Under the pieces are notes generated by a model. It did not search any database and was not told the DNA's origin. It saw only the letters and a list, made by a program, of their open reading frames with translations. From Candidatus Bathyarchaeota archaeon (GTDB lineage: Archaea > Thermoproteota > Bathyarchaeia > TCS64), in assembly GCA_030739585.1 (NCBI GenBank), contig JASLYX010000005.1:14804-78803 (forward strand): DNA of 64,000 bases, given 5' to 3'. The position numbers and the translations under genes were made by a program. Shown here piece by piece: positions 48,349 through 58,916 of the stretch (its first letter is position 1; every line of letters begins with the position of its first letter).

Positions 48349-49305
48349 ATGTTGTACTTATGTGAAGAAGAGATTGCAGAGATACTGACCATGAGGGAAG
48401 CCATCGAGGCTGTCGAGAAGGCTTTCGGAGAATATGCTAGGGGCTCAGCCATAATGCCCTCTAGATCCACGATGATGCTGGACAAATACAATGGGAGCGT
48501 CTCCCTGATGCCATCATATCTTGAGGAGACAGGGGCCCTCGCTACAAAGATAATCTCCATATACCCTGAAAACCCCCGAAAGGGGCTGCCCACAACAATG
48601 GCTTCTATCGTCGTTAACGATCCCGAGACTGGGCGAATCAGCGCAATTCTCGATGGCACCTATCTTACCTCCATTAGGACCGGGGCGGTATCCGGTGTGG
48701 CCGCCAGATATCTGGCACCAAGGGATAGTAGGGTCGCAGCGGTTATCGGATGTGGGGCCCAAGGGATGACTCAGGCCTGGGCTATGGCTGAGACGTTCAA
48801 TCTGGATCAGATCAGGATTTTTGATATATTCAAGGAGGGCATGGACAGGTTCGTTAATGAGATGGTGTCAAGACTAGGAGTAGATATCATCAAGGCTGGG
48901 AGTAGCAAAGAGGCAGTAAAGGGCGCTGATATAGTTCTCACTGCTACCACATCCAAAGAACCTGTAATCCAAAGGGCCTGGCTAGAGGACCGGGTCCATG
49001 TGGGTGCGTTTGGGAGCTTTTACCCTGACAGCCGAGAGCTGGACACGGCTACCATCGTGGAAGGTAAGGTAGTGGTGGATAGTATGGAGGCTATAATGGA
49101 CGAGGCGGGGGACCTTCTCATCCCTATTTCTGAGGGGGCCATAACCGCTGATCATATCCACGCTGAGCTGGGGGCGGTCGTGAACGGGGAAAAGGAGGGG
49201 CGAACCAATAGTGACTCTCTGACGGTGTTTAAGAGTGTCGGCATCGCGATCCAGGACTCTTCAGTTGCCAGTCTAGTGCTGAGAAAGTACAAGGAGTCCC
49301 ATTAA
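48349..49305 (+). CDS. Ornithine cyclodeaminase/mu-crystallin family (archaeal alanine dehydrogenase-like)
   Basis: LTSIRTGA, IGCGAQG, VFKSVGIAIQD. Confidence 0.9.
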   Translation: MLYLCEEEIAEILTMREAIEAVEKAFGEYARGSAIMPSRSTMMLDKYNGSVSLMPSYLEETGALATKIISIYPENPRKGLPTTMASIVVNDPETGRISAILDGTYLTSIRTGAVSGVAARYLAPRDSRVAAVIGCGAQGMTQAWAMAETFNLDQIRIFDIFKEGMDRFVNEMVSRLGVDIIKAGSSKEAVKGADIVLTATTSKEPVIQRAWLEDRVHVGAFGSFYPDSRELDTATIVEGKVVVDSMEAIMDEAGDLLIPISEGAITADHIHAELGAVVNGEKEGRTNSDSLTVFKSVGIAIQDSSVASLVLRKYKESH

Positions 49306-49525
49306 AACACAAGACTTGCTTTTTGTACAAAGATTCCTTTGACATCAGGGTTTGAAGAATCGTCTAAAATATGTTCAGATTGAGGAAGCCCTCTTCGATG
49401 AGGATAACGGTCAGTCTGTACGTAAAGCCGCCTCAACTGCTAAGGCAGCCATGAAACTCATTGAACTTGGTTTTCAATATGTATGTGACTTTGATAAAGT
49501 GAAGCAGTTCAGGAAGCGTATGTGA
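49304..49525 (+). pseudogene. Tyrosine recombinase/integrase C-terminal remnant
   Basis: KTQDLLFVQRFL*HQGLKNRLKYVQIEE...KLIELGFQYVCDFDKVKQFRKRM; box II LGH has G->TGA (49340-42); abuts tRNA 3' end. Confidence 0.75.
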
Positions 49526-49550
49526 GGTTTAGTTGACCGGGAGAATTTAC

Positions 49551-49626
49551 TGGTAGCCCGGGAGAGATTCGAACTCCCGTCTGGGGCTCCAGAGGCCCCC
49601 ATCCTTGACCGCTAGACGACCGGGCT
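49551..49626 (-). tRNA. tRNA-Gln (anticodon CTG), intronless, CCA encoded
   Basis: AGCCCGG...GGGGC-CT-CTG-GA-GCCCC...GTTCGAATC...CCGGGCT-A-CCA; A1-U72 pair typical of archaeal tRNA-Gln. Confidence 0.96.
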
Positions 49627-49677
49627 ACACCGGATCGTTACCAACAAGAACCCCATATAAGTCTAACCCGTCACCCC

Positions 49678-50778
49678 TTAACCTATGAAGAACTCCACCA
49701 ACCTCCGCCGATCCAGCCTCAAGTCCCCCACCAACTCCCTCGCCCCAACTAACATTTCCGCAGCAGATCGTTCTGTCACTCCGGAAAGGCCAAGCACATC
49801 TAACGCCCCCTCTCGCACTACCTCATCTCCCCCACCCACTACCCTGAGTAACGATGTATAATCATACTTCTCTCCATCCACCGCCAAAATAGCCCATGCA
49901 AACCCCTCTAGAAGAGGCAACATCCATCCCCTTAGATATATTACCGCCTCCATATTGTTCTCCATTGCAATCATCCCTCTAACACGAGTAAGAATTCCCC
50001 CCAATGTTGGAAGGTTAATTAAATACTCCACGTCTCGTTTCACCTTCCCGTGGAGCCCATCCATCACACATCCATGATCCAAGATAAACCCCCTCACCCC
50101 ATCCCATGCTGTCTTAAACCCCTTAATGATCTCCTCGGCCTCTTGACGGCTGACCTTGGAAACCCTGCTCAAGATTAGGTAACTCCTGTAGACATCCTCC
50201 ATATCTAACCTGACGCACGCTCTCCTCAGACTCCATACAAACTGGCTCCTAGTCACAGGAACCCCTGCAATATCTATCAACACAACTGCAGCGGATGTCA
50301 ACCCCGCACCTACATAAGCGAACGTTGTCTCCGAGTCCCCTCTGCTCAACGCCGATGATGCCCTACTTAGGTACATCTCAGAGGTCGCAAGCAGCCCATC
50401 CGTTCTCGCCTCCACACGCCTTGGACTCATAAAGACTCTCTCAACAAATTCCCTTGCTTCACCCAATACCTCCACGGGATCGTATAAAACTACCATCTCG
50501 TGAAACCTATAATCCAGCTGGGGACTCACAGGCTCTCTTAACCATCCCAAGGGTATATGCTGGAGATCCACTAACCATCCCCCTCTAACCTCCACCTTAC
50601 CATACTCATAATCTAAACCTGACCCATCAACAACAAGAATGTCAAAATCACTTGAAATATTGCCTTCCCCCCGGACCCAGCTCCCAAACAGCCCCAGAGC
50701 CCGCACCGCAGGGTCCATCTTAAGATCCTCCACTAAACCATAGAATGATCCTTGGATTAACCTAGGAAGAACCTCCAT
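49678..50778 (-). CDS. Pol-beta-type nucleotidyltransferase-domain protein with helical C-terminal region
   Basis: LFGSWVRG...SDFDILVVD motif; probable start MEVLPR. Confidence 0.7.
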   Translation of the reverse strand: MEVLPRLIQGSFYGLVEDLKMDPAVRALGLFGSWVRGEGNISSDFDILVVDGSGLDYEYGKVEVRGGWLVDLQHIPLGWLREPVSPQLDYRFHEMVVLYDPVEVLGEAREFVERVFMSPRRVEARTDGLLATSEMYLSRASSALSRGDSETTFAYVGAGLTSAAVVLIDIAGVPVTRSQFVWSLRRACVRLDMEDVYRSYLILSRVSKVSRQEAEEIIKGFKTAWDGVRGFILDHGCVMDGLHGKVKRDVEYLINLPTLGGILTRVRGMIAMENNMEAVIYLRGWMLPLLEGFAWAILAVDGEKYDYTSLLRVVGGGDEVVREGALDVLGLSGVTERSAAEMLVGARELVGDLRLDRRRLVEFFIG

Positions 50779-51068
50779 CAAAACCCAGTTAATAATCCCT
50801 AAGAGACGATTTTTATATTTTCCTCCCCTAAAGGAACCGGAGAACACAACACGCTTATTTATAGATACGGAACTTAAGGCATTAGTCTTTCACTCATTCA
50901 TGGTTACATATCATCGGCCTTTTAGATTGGACACTACAAGACTATACCCATAAACTTAAATATGATAAATGGAAGGAAGGCTAATACTCCAAGTGACCAG
51001 TCATTTTGAGCCTTAGGGACAAGGATCTGAGATGGAAGTACATAATTTAACACGCGAGAGATATCTAT

Positions 51069-51995
51069 ATGTCTAGAAGAAGAGCACAACTCACAAGCGA
51101 GCTGGCCTGCTCCGAATGTGGAGGTGGCAATATTATTCATGATGGTGGATCAGGAGAGATCATCTGTGGTGCCTGTGGCCTTGTCATCACCGACTCTGTG
51201 ATTAACAAAGGCCCTGAGTGGAGGGCCTTCACCCAAACGGAAAAAGAGTCGAGGAGTCGGGTGGGCGTACCCCTCTCCTTCGCAGTTCATGATAAAGGAC
51301 TCACCACCATGATCGGTAGGGTCGGCCGAGACGCCTTCGGACGAAAGATCCCGCTGAAGACGAAGCTCCAGATGCTTAGGCTCAGGAAATGGCAGATTAG
51401 GTCAAGAGTCCACAGCTCAGTGGACAGGAACCTTGCCCAGGCCATGGCAGAGCTAGACAGGCTCACCGACAAACTCCATATACCTCCCTCCATCAAGGAG
51501 AAGGCGGCAGTAATCTACCGAAAGGCTCTCGACAAAGGCCTCGTCAGGGGTCGATCCATCTCCGCTATCGCGGCAGCCTCTCTATACGCCGCCTGCAGGA
51601 CGAGCCAGACCCCCCGGACCCTCCGAGAGCTTTCAACCCACAGCCCTATCGAAAAGAAAGACATTGCTCGATGCTACCGCCTCCTCCTAAGAGAACTCAA
51701 AATCAGGATGCCTATCCCTATGGCCCAACTCAGGGTCCCAAAAATCGCCGCCAAGGTGAACGTCGGGGAATTGACCCAACAGGACGCAGTAAAAATACTC
51801 CGGGAGGCTGAGAGGCTCAAGACAACCGCGGGGAAAGACCCCATGGGTCTAGCAGCTGCTGCCCTCTATATCGCCTGCGTCAGGAACGACGAAAAAAGGA
51901 CTCAGAAGATGATCGCCGACGCCGCTGGGGTCACCGAGGTCACCATCCGGAACCGGTACAAGGGCCTCAAGGAATCATTGAATCTAATAATATAA
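51069..51995 (+). CDS. tfb: Transcription initiation factor IIB (TFB paralog 2)
   Basis: CSEC...CGAC, GPEWRAF, HDKGLTT, LVRGRSI, GKDPMGLAAAALY, TEVTIRNRYK. Confidence 0.96.
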   Translation: MSRRRAQLTSELACSECGGGNIIHDGGSGEIICGACGLVITDSVINKGPEWRAFTQTEKESRSRVGVPLSFAVHDKGLTTMIGRVGRDAFGRKIPLKTKLQMLRLRKWQIRSRVHSSVDRNLAQAMAELDRLTDKLHIPPSIKEKAAVIYRKALDKGLVRGRSISAIAAASLYAACRTSQTPRTLRELSTHSPIEKKDIARCYRLLLRELKIRMPIPMAQLRVPKIAAKVNVGELTQQDAVKILREAERLKTTAGKDPMGLAAAALYIACVRNDEKRTQKMIADAAGVTEVTIRNRYKGLKESLNLII

Positions 51996-52038
51996 GAACC
52001 TAAATAGCCCCTCCACCTAATTTGGACTGGGAAAAAAA

Positions 52039-53187
52039 GTGTCGGAGTCCAATAACAACCATGAGAGGACCTTAATCCTCTGCATTGATATTGATGACGA
52101 CATCGGAAAAAAGGCTAACGTAAAAACCCCCATTTTGTCAAGAGCTCAGAACCTAGAGGCAGCCGGCATCCTAGCTTTAGCAGACCCTGAAGAGGCAGAC
52201 GCCAACGCCATGTTCGGAGCCGTGAGAATCTACGACAACCTACTAGAAAAGTATCCAAAAGAACACTATCAGATCGCCACAATATCCGGATCGGCTCTAG
52301 GAGGCATCAATGCCGACCGTAAAATAGTGATGGAGTTGGAGAGCATTCTGAAGGAATTCATGGCAACCGGCATAATCCTAGTAACCGACGGTTACTCAGA
52401 CGAGGCGGTTATCCCCCTGATACAGTCCAGGATCCCGATAAACTCGATCCAACATATCGTAGTTAAGCACAGCGAACGCCTCGAGGAAACCTGGGCAGTA
52501 ATTTTCCGCTATCTAAAACAGATGGTGACAGATCCATATTACTCTAAAATAAGCCTCGGAGTACCCGGTGTGATGCTCATTGTGGTTGGGGTCCTCCAGA
52601 TCTTCAATCAGCTCCAGAACGCCGGCATGATACTCACTTTCGTGATAGGCCTGGTTCTGCTCATCAAAGGATTTGGCTGGGAAGAAAAACTCAACATTGT
52701 GAAAATGCGGCTCCCTACTCCTGACCGCCAGATCACAGCTGCCTCCTCGAGCTTCGGGTTCATCCTCATCCTCGTGGGAGGCATAAAGGGGATAAGTAAT
52801 GCATGGAAATATCTCCCTAGCCCCGCTCCTCTCTGGTGGGAAGACTTTGCATGGTGGATTCAACAGTCACCCAGTATCTTAGGCCGTTTTATGCTTGTTG
52901 CTGTCGATCTTATAGTCATCGGGATCATGGCCGCCCTCATAGGGGGCATCGCCGCTAACTACATCAAGAAGGACCCAAAAATCTGGCAAAACGTCGTCGG
53001 GATAATTGTCACCTTTTGGAGCAGGTTTATCGCCCTTGAGTCAGCAAGAGTCCTCATAGATCCTGATAAGACCATTGCTCCCTTCTCTCCCTTAGTCCTT
53101 TATGCTTTAGCTGGAGTTTTGTCGACTATAATCTCGGTATTCCTGATCTACGGATCAGACCGAAAGCTCTATTTCAGTGATACCTGA
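52039..53187 (+). CDS. DUF373 family membrane protein
   Basis: LILCIDIDDDIG, LALADPEEADAN, VTDG.SDE; C-terminal TMs; adjacent to uppS. Confidence 0.85.
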   Translation: MSESNNNHERTLILCIDIDDDIGKKANVKTPILSRAQNLEAAGILALADPEEADANAMFGAVRIYDNLLEKYPKEHYQIATISGSALGGINADRKIVMELESILKEFMATGIILVTDGYSDEAVIPLIQSRIPINSIQHIVVKHSERLEETWAVIFRYLKQMVTDPYYSKISLGVPGVMLIVVGVLQIFNQLQNAGMILTFVIGLVLLIKGFGWEEKLNIVKMRLPTPDRQITAASSSFGFILILVGGIKGISNAWKYLPSPAPLWWEDFAWWIQQSPSILGRFMLVAVDLIVIGIMAALIGGIAANYIKKDPKIWQNVVGIIVTFWSRFIALESARVLIDPDKTIAPFSPLVLYALAGVLSTIISVFLIYGSDRKLYFSDT

Positions 53188-53241
53188 ATACTGACCGCCA
53201 TGGTTTTATCAAGTGGGCATATGAGGAGGGATTGATAATTT

Positions 53242-54024
53242 ATGCTCCAAGGCTTCCTTTCTGCCATCGGCGTTTATAGGATGTACCGTCAATGGATCCT
53301 CAGTCAAATCGATAAGGAGCGGATACCTGAACATATAGGCATCATTCTAGATGGAAACAGGCGGTGGGCATCGAAAAGATCACTCCTCCAATGGAAGGGC
53401 CACCGAGAGGGGGCTGAGAAAGTACGAAAGTTCATGGAGTGGTGCCTCGACATCGGCATCAACACCGTAACCCTTTACGCCTTGTCCACCGAGAACTTCA
53501 ATAGGTCCAAAGCGGAGGTTGACGAGCTTATGAAGATCTACGAGGAGAACCTCAAAGAACTCATCTCCTCTGAGGCCATCCATAAAAACAGGGTGAACAT
53601 CCGGGCCATCGGCAGGATCAATCTCCTTCCCGAGAAAATAAGATCAATAATCGAAGAGGTGGAGCAAGCAACCAAGGAATATGACCAATTCTACATCAAC
53701 TTTGCCCTTGCTTATGGGGGTAGAGCTGAGATTGTCGATGCGACTAGGGAGATCGCAACTCTAGTGGAGAAAGGGGAGGTCAATCCAGAGAGCATAGATG
53801 AGGTACTCATCGAGAATCACCTCTATACTGCTCATCTTCCACAGCCTAACCCGGATCTTATTATCCGGACCTCGGGGGAAGCCCGCCTCAGTAACTTTTT
53901 GATCTGGCAGGCGGCCTATAGTGAGCTCTTCATCGTAGACGTCTACTGGCCTGACTTTAGGGAGATAGATCTGGCTAGGGCTATTAGAAGCTATCAGAAC
54001 AGACATAGACGATACGGAAAATAG
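53242..54024 (+). CDS. uppS: cis-prenyltransferase (undecaprenyl diphosphate synthase family)
   Basis: HIGIILDGNRRW, LSTENF, YGGRAEI, IRTSGEARLSNFLIWQ, RRYG. Confidence 0.95.
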   Translation: MLQGFLSAIGVYRMYRQWILSQIDKERIPEHIGIILDGNRRWASKRSLLQWKGHREGAEKVRKFMEWCLDIGINTVTLYALSTENFNRSKAEVDELMKIYEENLKELISSEAIHKNRVNIRAIGRINLLPEKIRSIIEEVEQATKEYDQFYINFALAYGGRAEIVDATREIATLVEKGEVNPESIDEVLIENHLYTAHLPQPNPDLIIRTSGEARLSNFLIWQAAYSELFIVDVYWPDFREIDLARAIRSYQNRHRRYGK

Positions 54025-54028
54025 TGGC

Positions 54029-55117
54029 TCAGACACGCATCGCGTCCAGATCGGAATCGAAATTTGTGAGCCTCTCGGGACCTGAGGATGTCACCAGAAC
54101 CGTGTCTTCGATCCTCACACCTCCAAAGCCATTCATATAGATCCCAGGTTCATTAGAGACAACGTTCCCTATCGTCAAAGTGTCCCCACTACTTTTGCTG
54201 AGAGAGGGGGGTTCATGGACCTCTAGGCCCACCCCGTGGCCAAGACTATGAAAAAAGTCCTCCCCATGTCCAGCCGTTGTGATGATGTCTCTAGCGATTC
54301 GGTCTACATCGATCCCTCTAGCACCTTCCTTGATCTCCGGGAACGCCGCTGTATTGGCCTCAAGGACGTTCTCGTAGATGGTCCTTTGCTTCTCTGAGGG
54401 GGAACCTATGATGAAGGTCCGGGTGATATCGGAGCAATATTTCTTGTATGTGGCCCCCATGTCGATAGTGACGAAATCTCCTCTCTTTATCTTCCTCCCG
54501 GAGACACCTGCGTGTGGGTATGCTGATCGAGGCCCTGAAGCTACGATGAATGGAAATGAAATATCATTTGCACCTTCCATCCTTATCGCAGAAGCAGCAG
54601 AGGCGGCAACTTCATGCTCCCTCACCCCTTCAGTGAGGAACTCTTGGATCGCCTCCATACCCAAATCTGAAAGCGCCCCAGCACGCTTCATGAACTTTTG
54701 CTCTGACAAGTCCTTCACCTTCCTCATTGCCCATATGAGATCCTGATTCTCTTTTAGCACCACACTTCCAAGCTTTTTTTTAATCATTTGATATTCTATA
54801 AGGGAGAGTTCATCGAAGCCAATCTTTTCCGTTTTAATCTGGTTCAGTTTCTCCACGATCTTGACCTCTTTTTCTTTCCTCTCATATGATTCTATACAGC
54901 AGCCTAAGGCGCTATCTTGGGCTAAGTATAGGTTAAGGCGGGGGGTAAGGAGGATGGGGTGGGTATCAGGGGCTATAATGAGAATCCCGCCACTGTTTGA
55001 GCCAGTGAGGTAAAATATGTTTGGTTCTCGCGTAACTATGTAAGCATCTAACCCCTCAGATTCTAAGGATTTCGAAACTCTTTCGGTTCTCATCTGGTTT
55101 TGTAATTTGGTGTTCAA
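54029..55117 (-). CDS. Xaa-Pro aminopeptidase (M24B)
   Basis: IDMGA...YCSDITRT, HSLGHGVGLEVHEPP, EPGIY...GGVRIED. Confidence 0.93.
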   Translation of the reverse strand: MNTKLQNQMRTERVSKSLESEGLDAYIVTREPNIFYLTGSNSGGILIIAPDTHPILLTPRLNLYLAQDSALGCCIESYERKEKEVKIVEKLNQIKTEKIGFDELSLIEYQMIKKKLGSVVLKENQDLIWAMRKVKDLSEQKFMKRAGALSDLGMEAIQEFLTEGVREHEVAASAASAIRMEGANDISFPFIVASGPRSAYPHAGVSGRKIKRGDFVTIDMGATYKKYCSDITRTFIIGSPSEKQRTIYENVLEANTAAFPEIKEGARGIDVDRIARDIITTAGHGEDFFHSLGHGVGLEVHEPPSLSKSSGDTLTIGNVVSNEPGIYMNGFGGVRIEDTVLVTSSGPERLTNFDSDLDAMRV

Positions 55118-55366
55118 AGGTATATAATTTAGGCGTTCAAGCTGTTTGTTAACATCAAAAAACTTCAGATCTGGTTATCAAAGGGGATGATGAGCATAAT
55201 CTCGTTGTAATACTTAATAATACCGTATAGGATACCCCATTTAGCGAACATCGGTTTTGAATTGATTAAAGAAATAATGCAATACACACAGGGTAGTCTC
55301 CACTAGAATTAGTTTAAGATATAAACATGCGTTAGATTGAGAAAAAACCTGGTCTGAGGGGTAAAA

Positions 55367-58300
55367 ATGGTGTATATTAACCGGATTGTGTTTAGGAATT
55401 TCAAGTCATTCGGTGGAAGCTTGAAGCTCAGCTTCCAGCAGGGATTCAATGTTATCACGGGGCCAAATGGCAGCGGGAAAAGCAATATCATTGATGCGGT
55501 CCAATTCGTATTTGGGGAGCTGGGATCTAAACGTATGAGGGTCCCCGTTCTTTCAGGTTTGATTTTTGACGGAGCAGGGGATGACAGCGCAAAGCCCCAT
55601 TACGCTCAAGTGACTATTTACTTCAATAATACTGATAGGGCCCTTCCAGTAGATAGGAAGACGGTGAGCGTAGGGAGAAGAGTTGACAGGGAGGGTAAGA
55701 GTAAATATTTCCTCAATGGGAAGCAGACGTCGAGGCGGGCTCTCCTAGACATCCTCATGATGGCGGGAATCAGCCCCGGGGGATATAACATGGTTCTCCA
55801 GGGATTCGCGACCCGCCTTAGCGACCTGACACCATTGGAAAGGATGAATGCCCTCGAGGACCTCGTTGGGATCACAGAATATGATGAGAAAAAGGCCGAG
55901 GCTCAAGTTAGGCTCAATGACGCCGAGAGGAAGATCGAAGTTGCCTCCGCCAAGGGGGATGAAGTTCGCCGTAGAGTGATAGGGCTGGAGCGCGAGAGGA
56001 ACGATGCGATCAGGTCCCGCCTCTTGGAGAGGGAGAAGAAGCGTCTTGAGGGGTACTTACTTTCAGAGCAGATCACTAAGATCGAGACCAACATTGGGGA
56101 CACGAAGCGGAAAATCACCGAGAACCATACAGAGATCGAACGGATCGTGGGGGAGAGAGAGAAGCTATTAGCCAAGCGGGATGAAGCGAGGGCTCGTCTT
56201 GAGGATTTCACAAACGAGGCGTCCGAGAAAAGCAACACAAGGCTCCCAATTATGAAGTCGGAACTTGTGGAGAAAAAGGCGATTAGAAAAGGCCTCGAGA
56301 ACCGTCTGAAGGAACTAGAATCTAAAAAGCTCTCCACCCACAAGAACATAGAGGCGAAACTCAAGGAGATCAATAGATCGAAAGTAGAAAAGAGAGAAAA
56401 GCAAAAGATTCTCAGCGAGCTGAAACGGAAGTTTAAACGGATTGAGCTCAGGATCTCAAAGAGAGAGGAGGACCTCAAGAGCCAGGCCGCTGAGATCGAA
56501 ACTCAAAAGGAGCTTGCGGAGTATAATCTCGGGAGAATAGAGCAGCTGACAGAGGATCTTGTACCGATGCAAGAGAGCCTAAGTGGTCTCGAGATCGAGA
56601 TCAATAAACAGAACGTTAACTTTGCTACGCTTGAGGGTAAAATCGAAAACTTAGAGAGGAAGAAGAGTGATACTCTCATCTCAACATCAAATTTAGGCGA
56701 AAAGATTAGGGAGTACGAAGACCTCAAGAACGATGAAGCTAAAAAGCTCGAGGAGATGCTCGAGAATATTGAGGGTCAGGTAGGGAGACAGAAAGGAATT
56801 CGAGACACCATTCTGGGAGCTAACAAGCTTGCCAAGGAAGCTGAGAACACAATAACCCAGTTCGCAGCTAAGAGGGATCTTTGGAAGAACCTAGTCACTG
56901 AGGAGAAAGCCCAGGCACGAATCATCAAGATGTCTAAAGCCGGAGCTCTCAAAGGATATCACGGGCAGCTAAGGTCTTTAGTGAAGATCGACCTAAAATA
57001 TCAGAAAGCGGCGAACACGGCAGCAAGCGGCTGGAGCACTGCACTGGTTGTTGCTGACGTTGATATTGCGTTCCGATGCATTGAAAGTCTCAAGAAAAAC
57101 AAACTGGGGATGACCCGGTTCATACCTCTGAAAAATATTAGAATACCAGAACCACTTCAAAATATCCATGAATTAGGTGTTGAGGGATATTTGCCTGAGC
57201 TCATAAGATTCACCGAAGAGTATAGAACAGCAGTCTACCTTGTTTGGGGAGACACCTATGTTGCTAAGGATAGGAAATCGGCAATCTCCTTAGCAAATAA
57301 AGGATATCGGGTGGTAACTTTGACCGGAGACCTTTTTGAACCTAAGGGAGGACTCCTAGGAGGGCACTGGAGGCGTTCCCCCGATTTTACCAAACTTATC
57401 CCCAGCGAAGAGTCCGTTCATGATCTCTCCACAACGATCAAGGCATTAAGGAAAAGCCTTTCATCAAAAATGACTGATCTAAAAAAGTCTGGTGGAAGCC
57501 TCAGGGAGTTCACTGAATATATTAATCACTTTAACAACGTCATCGATGGCATCGATTTGCAGGTTAGGGAAACTCTAGAGACGATCGAGAGATACAAGCG
57601 AAACGTCGTCACCATTAATGGGAATATTACCAAGCTTGTCGAGGGAAAAGCAAAGGAGCTAGGCCTTGTTACCGTCCTTGAAAAGCGGAAGGCCAGAACT
57701 GTACATGAAATAGACAGAGCAAAAAAAGAGATCATTCAACTCCGGGGTCTGGGTAATCCCTCCGAGGTTATCCAGCTTGAGAGGTCTTATGACATCTTGG
57801 TAAGGGATACCACTGAACTCGGGAAAAAGAGGTCCTTGCTTCAAACCCAGATCTCAATTCAGAAAAACCATATTGACGGATTTCTCGACCTAAAGACCAC
57901 AGAAATCCAGGACCAGATCAATGGCATGAAAGGAGAAATCAAGGTCATTGAAGAACATATGAAAGGGGGCTCTACGAGAATCTCTGAGGGAAGAACTGAG
58001 ATCGAGGAGCTCCAGGAGGTTCTAAACGGCATAACCTCCGATGTGGAAGAAACGGGGAAGATTCTTGAGCAGCACAGGAGAGCCGTTTCTGGAATCGAAC
58101 GAAACATTGAGAGGCTCGACCAGAGGAGGGTGAATATCGAGAGAAGGACAGGGTCCTTCGAGGTGGAGCTTGAGAGGCTCAGACTCCAAAGCGGACAGCG
58201 CTTCGAAGATCTGTCACGGCTTGGCTTTGAAGTTAGGCTCCAAACTAACGGGATGAATCTCGCCCTGGTGGAGAGGACTCTCCGAAGGATTGAGCAAGAG

Positions 58301-58915
58301 AAACGTGAAATTGGAATGGTGAATCAACTCGCGATCCAAGCCTATGAAGAGGACGCATACAATTACAAAATGCTCAGCGTCAGGATCAACGAGCTCGAGG
58401 AAGAGAAAGGCTCTATCTTGAGATTCGTTGAAAAGGTGGAAAGGGAAAAGACTGAGCAATTCATGGCGGCATACAACGATATCTGCGAAAACTTCTCAGT
58501 TCTTTTCGAGAAGCTAACAGGTGGAGGAGACGGACGCCTTGAGCTCCAGAACCCAGAAAGCCCATTTTCTGAGGGTGTTGACCTTTACGTCCAGTTTCCT
58601 GGGAAGCCTATGAGACTCGCTGCGGGGGCGAGTGGTGGAGAAAGATCGGTGGCCGCAATAGCATACCTCCTCGCTATCCAGAGATTCCTGAAGGCTCCTT
58701 TCTACCTTTTTGATGAAATCGACGCTCATCTTGACGACTTGAACACAGCAAGACTAGCTGATGTCCTAAAGGAGAACGCAATGGAGTCCCAATTCCTTAT
58801 GGTAAGCCTCAAAGATGTGATGGTCCACAACGCCAATAAGATCTACGGGGTCTTCGCGCAGAATGGGCGGAGCCGAGTAGTATCGCTACCGATGAAGGTG
58901 GAGGTACCGGTGTAA
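55367..58915 (+). CDS. smc: Chromosome segregation protein SMC
   Basis: NFKSF, GPNGSGKS, coiled coils, hinge VTLTGDLFEPKGGLLGG, ASGGE, FDEID. Confidence 0.96.
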   Translation: MVYINRIVFRNFKSFGGSLKLSFQQGFNVITGPNGSGKSNIIDAVQFVFGELGSKRMRVPVLSGLIFDGAGDDSAKPHYAQVTIYFNNTDRALPVDRKTVSVGRRVDREGKSKYFLNGKQTSRRALLDILMMAGISPGGYNMVLQGFATRLSDLTPLERMNALEDLVGITEYDEKKAEAQVRLNDAERKIEVASAKGDEVRRRVIGLERERNDAIRSRLLEREKKRLEGYLLSEQITKIETNIGDTKRKITENHTEIERIVGEREKLLAKRDEARARLEDFTNEASEKSNTRLPIMKSELVEKKAIRKGLENRLKELESKKLSTHKNIEAKLKEINRSKVEKREKQKILSELKRKFKRIELRISKREEDLKSQAAEIETQKELAEYNLGRIEQLTEDLVPMQESLSGLEIEINKQNVNFATLEGKIENLERKKSDTLISTSNLGEKIREYEDLKNDEAKKLEEMLENIEGQVGRQKGIRDTILGANKLAKEAENTITQFAAKRDLWKNLVTEEKAQARIIKMSKAGALKGYHGQLRSLVKIDLKYQKAANTAASGWSTALVVADVDIAFRCIESLKKNKLGMTRFIPLKNIRIPEPLQNIHELGVEGYLPELIRFTEEYRTAVYLVWGDTYVAKDRKSAISLANKGYRVVTLTGDLFEPKGGLLGGHWRRSPDFTKLIPSEESVHDLSTTIKALRKSLSSKMTDLKKSGGSLREFTEYINHFNNVIDGIDLQVRETLETIERYKRNVVTINGNITKLVEGKAKELGLVTVLEKRKARTVHEIDRAKKEIIQLRGLGNPSEVIQLERSYDILVRDTTELGKKRSLLQTQISIQKNHIDGFLDLKTTEIQDQINGMKGEIKVIEEHMKGGSTRISEGRTEIEELQEVLNGITSDVEETGKILEQHRRAVSGIERNIERLDQRRVNIERRTGSFEVELERLRLQSGQRFEDLSRLGFEVRLQTNGMNLALVERTLRRIEQEKREIGMVNQLAIQAYEEDAYNYKMLSVRINELEEEKGSILRFVEKVEREKTEQFMAAYNDICENFSVLFEKLTGGGDGRLELQNPESPFSEGVDLYVQFPGKPMRLAAGASGGERSVAAIAYLLAIQRFLKAPFYLFDEIDAHLDDLNTARLADVLKENAMESQFLMVSLKDVMVHNANKIYGVFAQNGRSRVVSLPMKVEVPV

Positions 58916-58916
58916 A

